Shown here in pieces: positions 39,694-50,141 of a stretch of DNA of 64,000 nt. The translations under genes and the position numbers were made by a program. The notes beneath the pieces are model-generated. The model was not told where the DNA came from. It ran no database searches and saw only the letters and a list, made by a program, of their open reading frames with translations. Source of the stretch: a phage; the NCBI GenBank assembly GCA_036253495.1, contig GCA_036253495.1_4125.1. One strand, written 5' to 3'. The first letter of the stretch is position 1; every line of letters starts with the position of its first letter.

Positions 39694-40623
39694 ATGAAAC
39701 AACTACAAGAACTATATCAAAAAATTCTGGATGAAGGCGTAGAAAGTACTGATCGTACAGGTGTAGGTACTATCAAACTAATCGGTCAACAAATGCGTTT
39801 TGACCTTCAACAAGGCTTTCCAGCAGTGACAACCAAACGTTTAGCTTGGAAAGCAATGACTTCAGAATTATTATGGTTCATTGAAGGTTCTCATGATGAG
39901 CGTCGCTTGTGTGAAATTCTACACGGCACTCGTGATTGGGAAAAGAAAACAATTTGGACAGATAACTACCTTAATCAAGGTGTAGCTCTAGGATATTCCA
40001 ATGGTGAGCTTGGACCAGTTTATGGTAAACAATGGCGTGAATGGGAAGATTACAAATTCAGTACCAGTACTGAAGAAATTCAAGAATTGAAAGATAAAGG
40101 TTATAAAGTTATTGATTATACTGGTGCTCATGGTGTTGTTATGCGTCGAGTTACTGACCAGCTAAAACAAGTTATTGAGGGTATTAAAGCCGACCCATAT
40201 GGTCGCCGTCACATTCTAAGTGCCTGGAACGTTGGTGAGCTTGATGATATGACTTTACCACCCTGCCATAGCTTCGTACAGTTTTGTGTCGTACAGGGTA
40301 AGCTAAGCTGTATTCTGCATCAACGTTCAGCAGATCTATTTTTGGGCGTACCCTTTAATATTAGTAGCTATTCACTACTAACACATATGATTGCACAAAT
40401 CACTGGGCTTGACGTTGGTGAGTTTATTTGGAATGGTGGTGATTGTCACATTTACAAAAACCACGTAGAACAAGTTAAAGAACAACTTCAACGTGAACCG
40501 CGTGATTTACCAGAATTATGGCTAGATCCTTCAATTACCGATATTGAAGATTTTACAATGGATTCTTTCAAACTTTTGAATTACAATCCAATGCCAACAA
40601 TCAAAGCACCAATGGCTGTATAA
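39694..40623 (+). CDS. thyA: thymidylate synthase
   Basis: DRTGVGT, active-site LPPCH and C-terminal GDCHIY motifs; 309 aa with a phage-type insertion. Confidence 0.9.
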   Translation: MKQLQELYQKILDEGVESTDRTGVGTIKLIGQQMRFDLQQGFPAVTTKRLAWKAMTSELLWFIEGSHDERRLCEILHGTRDWEKKTIWTDNYLNQGVALGYSNGELGPVYGKQWREWEDYKFSTSTEEIQELKDKGYKVIDYTGAHGVVMRRVTDQLKQVIEGIKADPYGRRHILSAWNVGELDDMTLPPCHSFVQFCVVQGKLSCILHQRSADLFLGVPFNISSYSLLTHMIAQITGLDVGEFIWNGGDCHIYKNHVEQVKEQLQREPRDLPELWLDPSITDIEDFTMDSFKLLNYNPMPTIKAPMAV

Positions 40624-40630
40624 TAGAAAA

Positions 40631-40656
40631 GGGAGACATTTGTCTCCCTTTTTTTA
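40631..40656. terminator. bidirectional rho-independent terminator
   Basis: gggagaca-tt-tgtctccc hairpin with T-runs; sits between convergent genes. Confidence 0.65.
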
Positions 40657-42627
40657 TTTCACGGTTACTAATGTTCTTCCTGCAAAACGAACATCAGGAG
40701 AAGAAGGAATACTATAAACTACACCAGTTAATGTAAACTTAACACTATCAACATCAACTTTAACAAATTCATCAGTTGCTACTTGTTCTTGAATTTCAGC
40801 ATTAACTATATCAGTTTCTGGAACTGTCAGTCTGTAATATGCACCATCAAGTACCCAATTATCAACAGTGAATAATGTAGTTCTTACTGTACCAGAACCA
40901 ATCGGAACCCATTTACCATCAACTTTCTGCATTGATGTTCTATTCTGTTCAGAGTACGCAATCATACCATCAACACCTTCACTGTCATTGACAGTTGTTA
41001 GTACTGGTAATTGGATACCATAACGGTTAATACGTGTACGCAACACATTACTGTCATATACAGATAAATCCGCATAACCACGAACATCCATACGCAATTC
41101 ACCGTTTAGTAGTTTCATATTAATATCGTTGGTAACGTGTGCAAATCTAAATGAATTACCACTGGTTAGCAGGATTCCATTAAAATTATTATTAGCATTG
41201 TTAAAATTAGTTTCTTTATTAAACGTGGACACCGAGTTAACTGTTAATAAATTAGTTGAACTACCAGTTCCTAATATAGTATCCCCTTTAACGTTCAAAT
41301 TACCATTAGTTGTAACATTTGAAACCGCCGTAACATCACCCGTTAAAGTACTAATACCATCAACTTCTAAGTTTCCATGTAATTTGGTTACACCATTTTG
41401 CATTTCAACTTGTACTTTGTTCATAGAACTAAATGACAAAATATTATTTTCACCACTAATGCCTACGTTTGTGTTGGAAGCATTAGCAAAACGTAATGTT
41501 GGTGCAGATGCGGGAGTAGTAGTGCTTTGATATAAATTCAAAGAACCATTTGTTACTCGCACACGTTCAACACCTGCTGTGGTTAAACCAATAGCGGCAT
41601 CGGCTGGGTGGAAAATACCAGTTTTTGTGTCAGTCCATTTACTTGGATCGTTTCCTGGGTTAGTATTTGGGTCATATGGAGCGTTATTAAAGCCTATAGC
41701 TGGCTCTGTAGCACTACCATAAGTTACCCCTAGTCTTCCTTTGCCTATCAGTCCATCATCAACCATAGAGTCACCAGTGCGGCGTAAGCCCTCTAATACG
41801 AGGTTATCTAAGGTAGTTTGAACTGTACCTGCGTTGGTACTAAATTGACGTTGACTACCAACCATGATAGTGTTATCATACAGTACTGAAGAAGCTGAAA
41901 TACTAGCTCTTGACTGACGTAGGCGAATGTTTTTAGTTTCAGTGATGATAATCCAGTCACTATCAGCTAATGCAGTCTGGCCTTGTGGTGTCAAAGATGT
42001 ATCAAAAGGTGTAGTGATTGATTCGTCTTGTGCCAAATTCACAAGACCTTCATGACCACTTGCTGGGATTGCAGTTGTTACAATACGAGCAAACGCATAA
42101 CTTACCAATTTTTTAGTTGGTTCAATTGGGTTTTGATCTATATAATATAGAATTTCAATCCAATCACCTTGACCAGTTGGGTTCACTGGTGTGAATTTAA
42201 CTGGGCTGGTTGTAGGGGTATTTTGTGTATAGTGCTCTTGTGCGGCATCCATAATACCACGAACTACATAATAATCACCATTCAAAGAAACTGATGGTGC
42301 AGGTAATGCAGCATAGGATGCTGGTGGGTTTGTATCATCTTCAATTGCATCATATGTACCAAGGAATTGCAATCCACTTGTTACAGAATCTGGTAATTGA
42401 GATGACAATAGTTTACCATTTGCATCTAGGTTTGCAAAACGTCTATACGCAACTGAACCATCTTCAAATTCGAGAACACCTTCGAATGCTTTCCATTCAG
42501 TGTTGTATCGAATCATACCTGTACGCATTTGGTCTGCTGTTACTATCGTTGGGGCTTTTGGTAGTTCAAGGAAAGCTTTGCTATCTATGATAACACCACC
42601 ATCACCACGAATTCTATTAATTGACAT
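40654..42627 (-). CDS. putative tail fibre protein
   Basis: 657 aa, Thr/Asn/Gly/Ser-rich with repetitive beta-like segments; adjacent to other fibre genes. Confidence 0.5.
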   Translation of the reverse strand: MSINRIRGDGGVIIDSKAFLELPKAPTIVTADQMRTGMIRYNTEWKAFEGVLEFEDGSVAYRRFANLDANGKLLSSQLPDSVTSGLQFLGTYDAIEDDTNPPASYAALPAPSVSLNGDYYVVRGIMDAAQEHYTQNTPTTSPVKFTPVNPTGQGDWIEILYYIDQNPIEPTKKLVSYAFARIVTTAIPASGHEGLVNLAQDESITTPFDTSLTPQGQTALADSDWIIITETKNIRLRQSRASISASSVLYDNTIMVGSQRQFSTNAGTVQTTLDNLVLEGLRRTGDSMVDDGLIGKGRLGVTYGSATEPAIGFNNAPYDPNTNPGNDPSKWTDTKTGIFHPADAAIGLTTAGVERVRVTNGSLNLYQSTTTPASAPTLRFANASNTNVGISGENNILSFSSMNKVQVEMQNGVTKLHGNLEVDGISTLTGDVTAVSNVTTNGNLNVKGDTILGTGSSTNLLTVNSVSTFNKETNFNNANNNFNGILLTSGNSFRFAHVTNDINMKLLNGELRMDVRGYADLSVYDSNVLRTRINRYGIQLPVLTTVNDSEGVDGMIAYSEQNRTSMQKVDGKWVPIGSGTVRTTLFTVDNWVLDGAYYRLTVPETDIVNAEIQEQVATDEFVKVDVDSVKFTLTGVVYSIPSSPDVRFAGRTLVTVK

Positions 42628-42708
42628 TATTGACTATCCTCATACAATTATATCAAGTATTTATTTTAAGAAAAAGAAAAGGCCAACCATAGTTGACCTT
42701 AGTGTTTA

Positions 42709-43497
42709 TTAATTACGTACTGGGATCTTAGATTGATCTGGATATACAAAAGTTGCTGCTTTTTGTGCATCAAAAATAGTAGTTGCTGCATCAATTGCAG
42801 TTTGTTGTGCAATTGCGTCATTAAAGTATCCGTCGATTTGTGCCAATAGACCATTGAAAATTTCAACCATCTCATCACCATCAACTGTTACAATCTCACC
42901 ACTATCTAGATAGATATTAATAGTTTGGGAACCATTAATAGCTTGTGTATAATAGTTGTTTAACATCTGACGACCATTAACATCACTAGGGAATGTTACA
43001 TCAACTGTTCCGTCAGCATTTTTATAATGATAACCACTATTAATTAAATTATCTCGTTCATATGCGGTTCTTTGCTTCAAATCAGCTTTAACATCAGCCA
43101 AATCCATATCAATGTAGGTTTGTGTTTTTACTGCGGTTAATGCTGCATATGGTGCTACTTCGGTTTCGTTAAATGTAACTACTGCATCACCTTCAATTTT
43201 GCGATATTCAAGGTATTCACCCTTTGAATTTCTATCGCCAACAGATACATATTCTAACCACCAGAAGCCTTCTCTCTTGCGAATTTCATCAGCAGCTTTT
43301 GGTATTTCTGCATTTGGATTTAGTTTAATACCATAGAATGGACGAACATCGTCGTATGTATAAAAATACTCACCACTAGGATCATTGGGTGGTTGTGGAC
43401 TACGTGATTGACCTTTAACACCTCTAGGATTAGAAATTATTTTACCTAGTTTGTAATCTGCCGCTGAACTACCACTCACATATGTAAATTGAGCCAT
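42709..43497 (-). CDS. hypothetical protein (possible fibre assembly/accessory)
   Basis: ORF between fibre genes. Confidence 0.45.
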   Translation of the reverse strand: MAQFTYVSGSSAADYKLGKIISNPRGVKGQSRSPQPPNDPSGEYFYTYDDVRPFYGIKLNPNAEIPKAADEIRKREGFWWLEYVSVGDRNSKGEYLEYRKIEGDAVVTFNETEVAPYAALTAVKTQTYIDMDLADVKADLKQRTAYERDNLINSGYHYKNADGTVDVTFPSDVNGRQMLNNYYTQAINGSQTINIYLDSGEIVTVDGDEMVEIFNGLLAQIDGYFNDAIAQQTAIDAATTIFDAQKAATFVYPDQSKIPVRN

Positions 43498-43536
43498 AAT
43501 ATTTCCTCATTTAAAATTAAATTATTTACAATACAG

Positions 43537-43556
43537 TGCGGGGAAAACCCCGCACC
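43537..43556 (-). terminator. intergenic hairpin (possible terminator/attenuator)
   Basis: gtgcgggg-aaaa-ccccgcac stem-loop between the giant fibre gene and the next gene. Confidence 0.35.
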
Positions 43557-43563
43557 ATTTATA

Positions 43564-46500
43564 TTAAGCAGTACGTTGTGCAATAAACATATCTACTACT
43601 GGGCTGTATCCATCATAAATCAACTGAATGATACTAACTGTATTTTGTGTTTTGTTAATCTCACCACCTACTACTGCATAAGTACCATCAGTGATAAGTT
43701 CACGTCCACCAGTTGCATCTTGTTGTACGTAGATATAGTAAGAACCAGCCTTACCACTTCCAATCAATCCGTTAATTGGACCTAGTGTAGTTGATGCTTG
43801 GTCTAGTGTAATATAGTACACATTAGACTCACCATCAGGTGACCATGTTCCTTCACTTGGAGCAGCAACAGATGCCTGTACTTTAGCAGCAGGTGTAACA
43901 GCATACTTTTTAGTAGTTACACTTTCAGTTACTAAATCAGCAATATCTGTATGTAGTGTGCCTTCAATAGTCACATCTTTAGCAAATGTTGCATTTTCAG
44001 CAAATGAAGATGTACCAGTAACTGTGATTGCATCAGCAGACGCAGAACCTAGTGTTACAGCACCTTTAAGGTTAGTAGCACCAGTAATTTCTGCACCACC
44101 CGCAACTACATTGAAGCCACCCGCAGTGATTTCGATACCACCAGTACTAACAGTTAGTTTCTTACCGATAGTAACAACATCAGATAGTGTAGTTGCACCA
44201 GTAACTGCTAGAGTAGTGTTAATCTTAGCACTTGCCATAGTTGCTAGGCCAGAAGTTGTAATAGTTGCAGTAGTTACTGCACCAGACGCACTAACGTTTG
44301 CACCAGACACATCACCAGTTGTAGTGATTGCACCATCACCAGCGTTGATTGTAGCACCATTAGTTGCAATACCACCTTTCAAAGTACTCAAACCTTCAGC
44401 AGTGATTGTTGAACCAACTGTTAGGGTTGTACCAGCAGCGATAAAGGTTGTAGAAGTTAGAGATTTAACTTCGACTGCACTTGCAGATTGGTCCAGTGTA
44501 CCAATAATCTTACCACTAACAGTAAAGTCGCCAGTAGTTACTGCGTTACCATTAACAGTTAGGCTGTTAGCTGTTGAACCTTGTGCACCGAATGTTGCAG
44601 CACGTGCGTGCATATCTTCATCAGTAGTAATATCCTCAACTGCGTGAATTGTGGTATTAGAAGTTAATGAGTTCAGGGAAATATCCTGACCAGCCAAATC
44701 TACTGAACCGTTAATATTACCAGCAACAAATAGGTTACTACCAATATAAGTATCACCAACAAATTGGATAGTTTCCGGTCTTGAACTAACTTTAGGACCG
44801 ATGATAATACCTTTCGCAGAAATATCAGCTTTAGGCATAGTCACAGTAGACGCATCAGAGATGTTAACAGATGCACCATTAACAACCAAAGCACCACCAA
44901 CAGTCAAACCAGTAGTTACCGCTGCACTACCAAATGTACCTTTACCAGTTGTGGTAATTGTAGTACCAGTAATGTCACCAGCAGCAGTGATTGCGGTATT
45001 TGCACTAACAGCCAAACCACCAGTTAGAGTGCTTAGACCAGTAACTTCTAGTGTTTCTCTGGATTTCAAGCTTTTCGCATCAACTGGAGTAGTAGATAGA
45101 TCCAATGTTCCAGGGTTTAGTGTTCCATTAATGGTAACATCACCAGAAACTGTTAGTGAACTGAGAGCAGCTTCACCAGCGGTTAGTTTTCCAGTTAGAT
45201 TTGTAGTACCAGTAACAGCCAAAGCACCACCAGCACTTAGAGCACCAGTAACTTCCGCACTACTTAATGTAGCTTTACCACTTGTTGAAAGAGTAGTAGT
45301 GTTAGTACCACCATTTAGAGTTGAAACACCAGTAACAGTTAGTGTAGTACCAGCAGTTACAGAACCGAGTGCAGTTAAGTTAGCACTTGCATCAACACCT
45401 TCAACGTTTAGAACAGCAGAACCTAAGTTTAGGCTACCTTCAGGTGTAAATGCACCTTTAACAGTTAGGTCACCAGTAACAACTGCATCACCTGAAACAT
45501 CAACACTTGCTAGTGTTGCTTTACCAGAAGTTTGAAGAGTTGCGGATTGAACTTCACCAGTAGTTTTGATTAATGCAGAACCTGCATCAACACCACCAGT
45601 TAGAGTACTTAGTCCAGTAACGCCTAATGTTTCACCAATTGTCAAATAACCACCAACAGTTGCATCATTATCAACAGCTACACCAACACCAGTAGCACTT
45701 ACTTGGATTGATTTAGAAGTAATTTTACCACCAACATCAACAGTACCATCAAAAGTTGCAGCACCTACAGTATGTAGGGTTGAACTTAGTGTAGTTGCAC
45801 CAGAAATTGTTGGAGCACCAGTAATTGTACCAGTGGTTAGAATTAAGTCAGTACCAACTGTAGTACTTGTAGTACTTGCTAATGAGTTAGTTTCCAAATC
45901 AGCATTTGTGATAGTCAAGTTACCATCGATAGTAACGTCATTATCAACTTGTAGTGATTTAACAGTCAAATCAGTTGCACTAAAATCAACGGAAGTTGCA
46001 GTGAAAGCACCTTCAACGTGCAAATCACCAGTAACATCTGTTGGTTTAGCTAGTGTTATTTTATCTCCAGCACTTGTGTATGAACCAGCACTTACTGAAC
46101 CATCAACCACTGCCGCAGCAGCAACTTTCAAGTTTCCAGAAGCAACAGTCAAGCCACCTTTAGCAGTAATACCACCGACGTTTACAGTTACTGCGTTACC
46201 AAATGTTGAAGCACCAGTAACTTCAAGTGCACCAGTAACGGTCGCTTTACCACCGACTGTTGCATCACCAGTAACATTCAATTTACCAGCGGTTGCTTCA
46301 GTACTTGTTAGTTTTGGTAGAATACTTGGTTCAGTATTTTCAGTAACAGTAATAACACCAGAAGAAGTTAGTGATTTAACAGTTAGATCTGCCGCAGCAG
46401 CATTAATTGCACCATCAACAGTTAAGCTTCCACCAATGGTTGCACCTTCAGTTGTTGTTAATGATTTAGAACTGATATCAACTGGGCTTAAATCTAATCC

Positions 46501-49107
46501 ACCTTCAGGTGTAAATGTACCTTTAACAGTTAGGTCACCATGTACAACTGTATCATTTTCTAAATTAATACCATCGGTATTAACAATAGAAGGAGTAGTT
46601 ACAGAAACAGCAGAAACAGCAGCCAATGTACTTTCACCAGTAACATTTAATGTAGAAATGTTTGCTGTAGTTACTGTTGCTGTACCAGTTGTACTGTTAG
46701 TTGTAGTAATATCAGTACTTTGTAATTTTGGTAGAATGTTAGTTCCAGTAGCATCATTACTAATCACAGGACCAGCACTAGTTAAAGATTTAACACTTAC
46801 ATCTGCTGCACTTAAATCTACAGTACCATCAACAGTTAGGTTTCCACCTACATGTGCACTTTCAGATACATCAAGTGTTTTAACAGTTACATCAGCCGCA
46901 CTTAGGTCAATAACACCAGCCGTTAAAGTTCCAGTAACATTCAAATCACCACCAACTGATGCATTATGATCTACACTTAGACCAGTTCCGGTTCCGGTAA
47001 TTTGTGCGGAAGCTGCGGTCACTTTAGTAGTTGCTGTGATATTTGGGGCAGTGATAGTACCGTCAGATTCAATTGAACCAGTTTCTAATGCATCAGAACC
47101 AACACCAGTAACTTTACCAGTAACTTCAACTTTCAAGCCACTAAAGAGTGCGTTTCCACCAACACTTAGATTAGTCCCCACTGCAACTTCTTCAGTTGTG
47201 GTTACAGAATTAGGTAGAATGTCTAGACCATCAACGTTTGCTTTAATTGCAGCACCAGATAGTGTACCAGTAACGTTCAAATCTTTAACAGTGGTTGTTT
47301 GACCAACAACTTCAAATAAACCATCAACTACCGTGTTACCAACCAATGTGGTAGTACCGTCAACTGTTAGGTTTCCAGATGCAGTTACGTCAACACCTTT
47401 AACATTACCAGATGCAGTTACATCTTTAGGAGTAATGTCTTGACCAGCTAGTGTAATACCAGTTGTAGTTCCAGTAACAGTCAAATCAGTTATAGTTGTG
47501 CCTTTTAGAACGGAATCCCCATCAACTGTTAGTGTACCAGAAGCATCTAGATTAACACCACTAATATTACCAGAAGCAGTTACATCTTTAGGTGTAATAT
47601 CTTGACCAGAAATGTCAGGAACAAAACCAGTAACTGTACCAGTGAAATTAACGTCTTTGAATTGAGCCTTACCATCCACATCTAGAGTTAATGTATTTGG
47701 ATCTTGTACCGCATTACCAGTTATTTTCAAATAATCAAATAGGTTCAAACCTTTTGCTGTAATACCGTAGGTTGCTGCTGATACATCACCAAATGTAGCA
47801 GTTTTCAGTACTGTTAGATTTGCTGGAGTCATTAACTCGGACTGTACTTCGTTTTGTAGAATTACAGTTGGGCGTAAACCAGGAGCAGTATATGTAAAGT
47901 TAACTTTAGCATTCGTGTCTGCTACGTTTCCACCTAAAGTGACAGATTTTAAATTAGCATTCGCAGTTGAACCAACAATATTAGATTCTAGGTTTAATGC
48001 ACCTTTTAGTGTAGTTAGTTTTTCAACAACTAAATTATCCGCAGTAATATCACTTAGTACAAAGTTACCTGATAGTGTTCCAGTAATATCCAAATCACCA
48101 ACAGTAGTTTTACCAGTAATATTAGTAGTTCCATCAACTTGTAGGTCAGTTAATTGTGTTTTACCTTTAGTTACACGTAGAATTGGTGTGGTTGGATCTT
48201 GTATTGAGTTACCAGAAAGTGTTAGGTAATCAAATAGGTTCAAACCTTTTGCGGTAATACCATTGGTTGCTGCTGATACATCACCAAATGTAGCAGTTTT
48301 AAGTACTGTTAGATTTGCTGGAGTCATTAGCTCGGACTGTACTTCGTTTTGCAGAATTACAGTTGGGCGTAATCCTGGAGCAGTGTATGCAAAGCCTAGG
48401 CGTGCAGTCGAGTCCGCTGCATTAGAACCCAAAGATACAGCTTTTAGGTTTGCTACAGTATTAGTACCAATGATGTTTGATTCTAGGGTTACAGCACCTT
48501 TTAATGTAGATAGTTTTTCAACAACTAAATTATCGGTATTAACATCCCCTAATGTGAAATCACCATCTAATTTACCAGTTACAGTTAGATTCTCAACGGT
48601 TGCACCAGTTGCAGTAATATCAGTTGCTGATACAGTTGCAATGGTTGCTTCATTAGCAGTTAATTTATCAAAGCTTGCAGTGGTTGCTGCCGCAGCAGTG
48701 AGGTTACCATTTAATGTTGTTGTACCATTAACTTCTAATGCAGAAGTGGTGGTATCTTGAAAAATTGCTTTTCCTGATGTTTGTGTAATATCTTTGGCAA
48801 AAGTAGAAGTGCCATTAAAAGTAGCATTGGAATTAATAGTTGCTGTATCGGAACCAGCAGTAGTATTACCAATAACTGTATTGCCAAGTACATCCATTCC
48901 ACCCTTAAGTGACGCTTTGCCTGTAACATCGAGTGTTGTGTTGATTGTTGCTTGATCTACTGTAATTGCAGTGAAGGTAGCATCAGCGAAACTAACGGTC
49001 CCCTTAATGGTTACGTTTTTATCGAAGACCGCATTACCTTTAACTGATAATTCTTTACCAACATTAGTATTACCAGTTACTGCTAGATCTGTTTTTATCG
49101 AGTACAT
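43564..49107 (-). CDS. giant tail fibre protein (1847 aa, repetitive)
   Basis: Very long Thr/Gly/Ala/Val/Ser-rich ORF with short beta-repeat motifs and an internal duplicated domain. Confidence 0.7.
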   Translation of the reverse strand: MYSIKTDLAVTGNTNVGKELSVKGNAVFDKNVTIKGTVSFADATFTAITVDQATINTTLDVTGKASLKGGMDVLGNTVIGNTTAGSDTATINSNATFNGTSTFAKDITQTSGKAIFQDTTTSALEVNGTTTLNGNLTAAAATTASFDKLTANEATIATVSATDITATGATVENLTVTGKLDGDFTLGDVNTDNLVVEKLSTLKGAVTLESNIIGTNTVANLKAVSLGSNAADSTARLGFAYTAPGLRPTVILQNEVQSELMTPANLTVLKTATFGDVSAATNGITAKGLNLFDYLTLSGNSIQDPTTPILRVTKGKTQLTDLQVDGTTNITGKTTVGDLDITGTLSGNFVLSDITADNLVVEKLTTLKGALNLESNIVGSTANANLKSVTLGGNVADTNAKVNFTYTAPGLRPTVILQNEVQSELMTPANLTVLKTATFGDVSAATYGITAKGLNLFDYLKITGNAVQDPNTLTLDVDGKAQFKDVNFTGTVTGFVPDISGQDITPKDVTASGNISGVNLDASGTLTVDGDSVLKGTTITDLTVTGTTTGITLAGQDITPKDVTASGNVKGVDVTASGNLTVDGTTTLVGNTVVDGLFEVVGQTTTVKDLNVTGTLSGAAIKANVDGLDILPNSVTTTEEVAVGTNLSVGGNALFSGLKVEVTGKVTGVGSDALETGSIESDGTITAPNITATTKVTAASAQITGTGTGLSVDHNASVGGDLNVTGTLTAGVIDLSAADVTVKTLDVSESAHVGGNLTVDGTVDLSAADVSVKSLTSAGPVISNDATGTNILPKLQSTDITTTNSTTGTATVTTANISTLNVTGESTLAAVSAVSVTTPSIVNTDGINLENDTVVHGDLTVKGTFTPEGGLDLSPVDISSKSLTTTEGATIGGSLTVDGAINAAAADLTVKSLTSSGVITVTENTEPSILPKLTSTEATAGKLNVTGDATVGGKATVTGALEVTGASTFGNAVTVNVGGITAKGGLTVASGNLKVAAAAVVDGSVSAGSYTSAGDKITLAKPTDVTGDLHVEGAFTATSVDFSATDLTVKSLQVDNDVTIDGNLTITNADLETNSLASTTSTTVGTDLILTTGTITGAPTISGATTLSSTLHTVGAATFDGTVDVGGKITSKSIQVSATGVGVAVDNDATVGGYLTIGETLGVTGLSTLTGGVDAGSALIKTTGEVQSATLQTSGKATLASVDVSGDAVVTGDLTVKGAFTPEGSLNLGSAVLNVEGVDASANLTALGSVTAGTTLTVTGVSTLNGGTNTTTLSTSGKATLSSAEVTGALSAGGALAVTGTTNLTGKLTAGEAALSSLTVSGDVTINGTLNPGTLDLSTTPVDAKSLKSRETLEVTGLSTLTGGLAVSANTAITAAGDITGTTITTTGKGTFGSAAVTTGLTVGGALVVNGASVNISDASTVTMPKADISAKGIIIGPKVSSRPETIQFVGDTYIGSNLFVAGNINGSVDLAGQDISLNSLTSNTTIHAVEDITTDEDMHARAATFGAQGSTANSLTVNGNAVTTGDFTVSGKIIGTLDQSASAVEVKSLTSTTFIAAGTTLTVGSTITAEGLSTLKGGIATNGATINAGDGAITTTGDVSGANVSASGAVTTATITTSGLATMASAKINTTLAVTGATTLSDVVTIGKKLTVSTGGIEITAGGFNVVAGGAEITGATNLKGAVTLGSASADAITVTGTSSFAENATFAKDVTIEGTLHTDIADLVTESVTTKKYAVTPAAKVQASVAAPSEGTWSPDGESNVYYITLDQASTTLGPINGLIGSGKAGSYYIYVQQDATGGRELITDGTYAVVGGEINKTQNTVSIIQLIYDGYSPVVDMFIAQRTA
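47699..48690. repeat. internal tandem duplication (~495-bp unit) within the giant fibre gene
   Basis: Sequence from 47699 (ggatcttgtacc...) recurs from 48194 (ggatcttgtattg...) with high identity over more than 200 bp, then diverges. Confidence 0.7.
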
Positions 49108-49221
49108 TCATTTCCCTCCATTTGGGTAAAATTAAAATACTTATTAACTGTGTTAATATGTAATTATTTATTTGTATATATGAAAAAGCCAGGCACTAAG
49201 ACATCATACCTGGCATAAATC

Positions 49222-50124
49222 TTATTTCCCAGCGATAACAATCTTACCACTGAATTGTTCATCAGATACAAACGTAACATTACCATCTGTATCAATTTGT
49301 GTATCCACGAATACCAAATCAAACGGTGCAGATGCTGTTGAACCAGGTACATCATTACCATAGATTGCCACGTACAAAGAATCAGGACTTTGTTTATGTG
49401 TATCAGCAGTGACAGTGTAAGTAAATTTATCAGCAGCAGCAATCCAGTCTGCTTTGTTAATCAATTTTCCGTATGGGGTAGTCATAGCGGTTGCTCCTAT
49501 AATATTAACTTTAACCTCAGTAATACCATCTGGGAGGCCAAGCATTTTAATTGTAATATCCCCAAATCCAGACACTGTAATTTCGGAATTAACCACACTA
49601 CGAATATTTGGATTACCGTCTGTTGGTGTATCTTCCATTTGAACTAAAATGTCACGACCACGGTCATGTTGTGATTCAGGAATGGTATATGTATATTCAT
49701 CGACTGTTCCAGGAATAAGAACAAATGCTGCAACTGGGACAGAGAATGAAGTTACATAAGGACTATCGGTTACTGGACCACCACCATTAAATGGTTTCCA
49801 AATCCCAAGGTCTTTAATATATATTTGAACGATGTTGGTTGCATCAACCATAAAATAAACATCACCATCAGTTCCTAGTGTATCAGCAGGAGCGATATCA
49901 CCACGCAAAATACCACTTGCACCACTACCACCATGAGCATTAAAATATGCTAAGGTTACTAGGTGTGTGTTTGCGGTTGGGTCACCAGCAGAAACCGGAA
50001 GAAGTCTTGTTCCAGAATAATCTTGGATTTGCACAATATCACCATTTGTTGTGAATTGTGCACCATTTTTACCTAGAATAAATTTCTTCTTCAAAGTTCC
50101 TTCTAAATTAGAAAAAACTGCCAT
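49222..50124 (-). CDS. putative receptor-binding protein sharing an N-terminal anchor domain with the tailspike
   Basis: N-terminus MAVFSNLEGTLKKKFILGKNGA is near-identical to that of the adjacent 723-aa protein. Confidence 0.5.
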   Translation of the reverse strand: MAVFSNLEGTLKKKFILGKNGAQFTTNGDIVQIQDYSGTRLLPVSAGDPTANTHLVTLAYFNAHGGSGASGILRGDIAPADTLGTDGDVYFMVDATNIVQIYIKDLGIWKPFNGGGPVTDSPYVTSFSVPVAAFVLIPGTVDEYTYTIPESQHDRGRDILVQMEDTPTDGNPNIRSVVNSEITVSGFGDITIKMLGLPDGITEVKVNIIGATAMTTPYGKLINKADWIAAADKFTYTVTADTHKQSPDSLYVAIYGNDVPGSTASAPFDLVFVDTQIDTDGNVTFVSDEQFSGKIVIAGK

Positions 50125-50141
50125 TTTGAAATATCTCCTTA

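Noticed and set aside
43958-48760. Multiple long + strand ORFs (229-378 aa) listed inside the giant fibre gene region
   Set aside because: They lie antisense to the 1847-aa - strand fibre ORF and have Pro/Val/Ala/Thr-rich low-complexity translations typical of the reverse frames of a repetitive Thr/Gly/Ala-rich gene; no independent starts or RBS.
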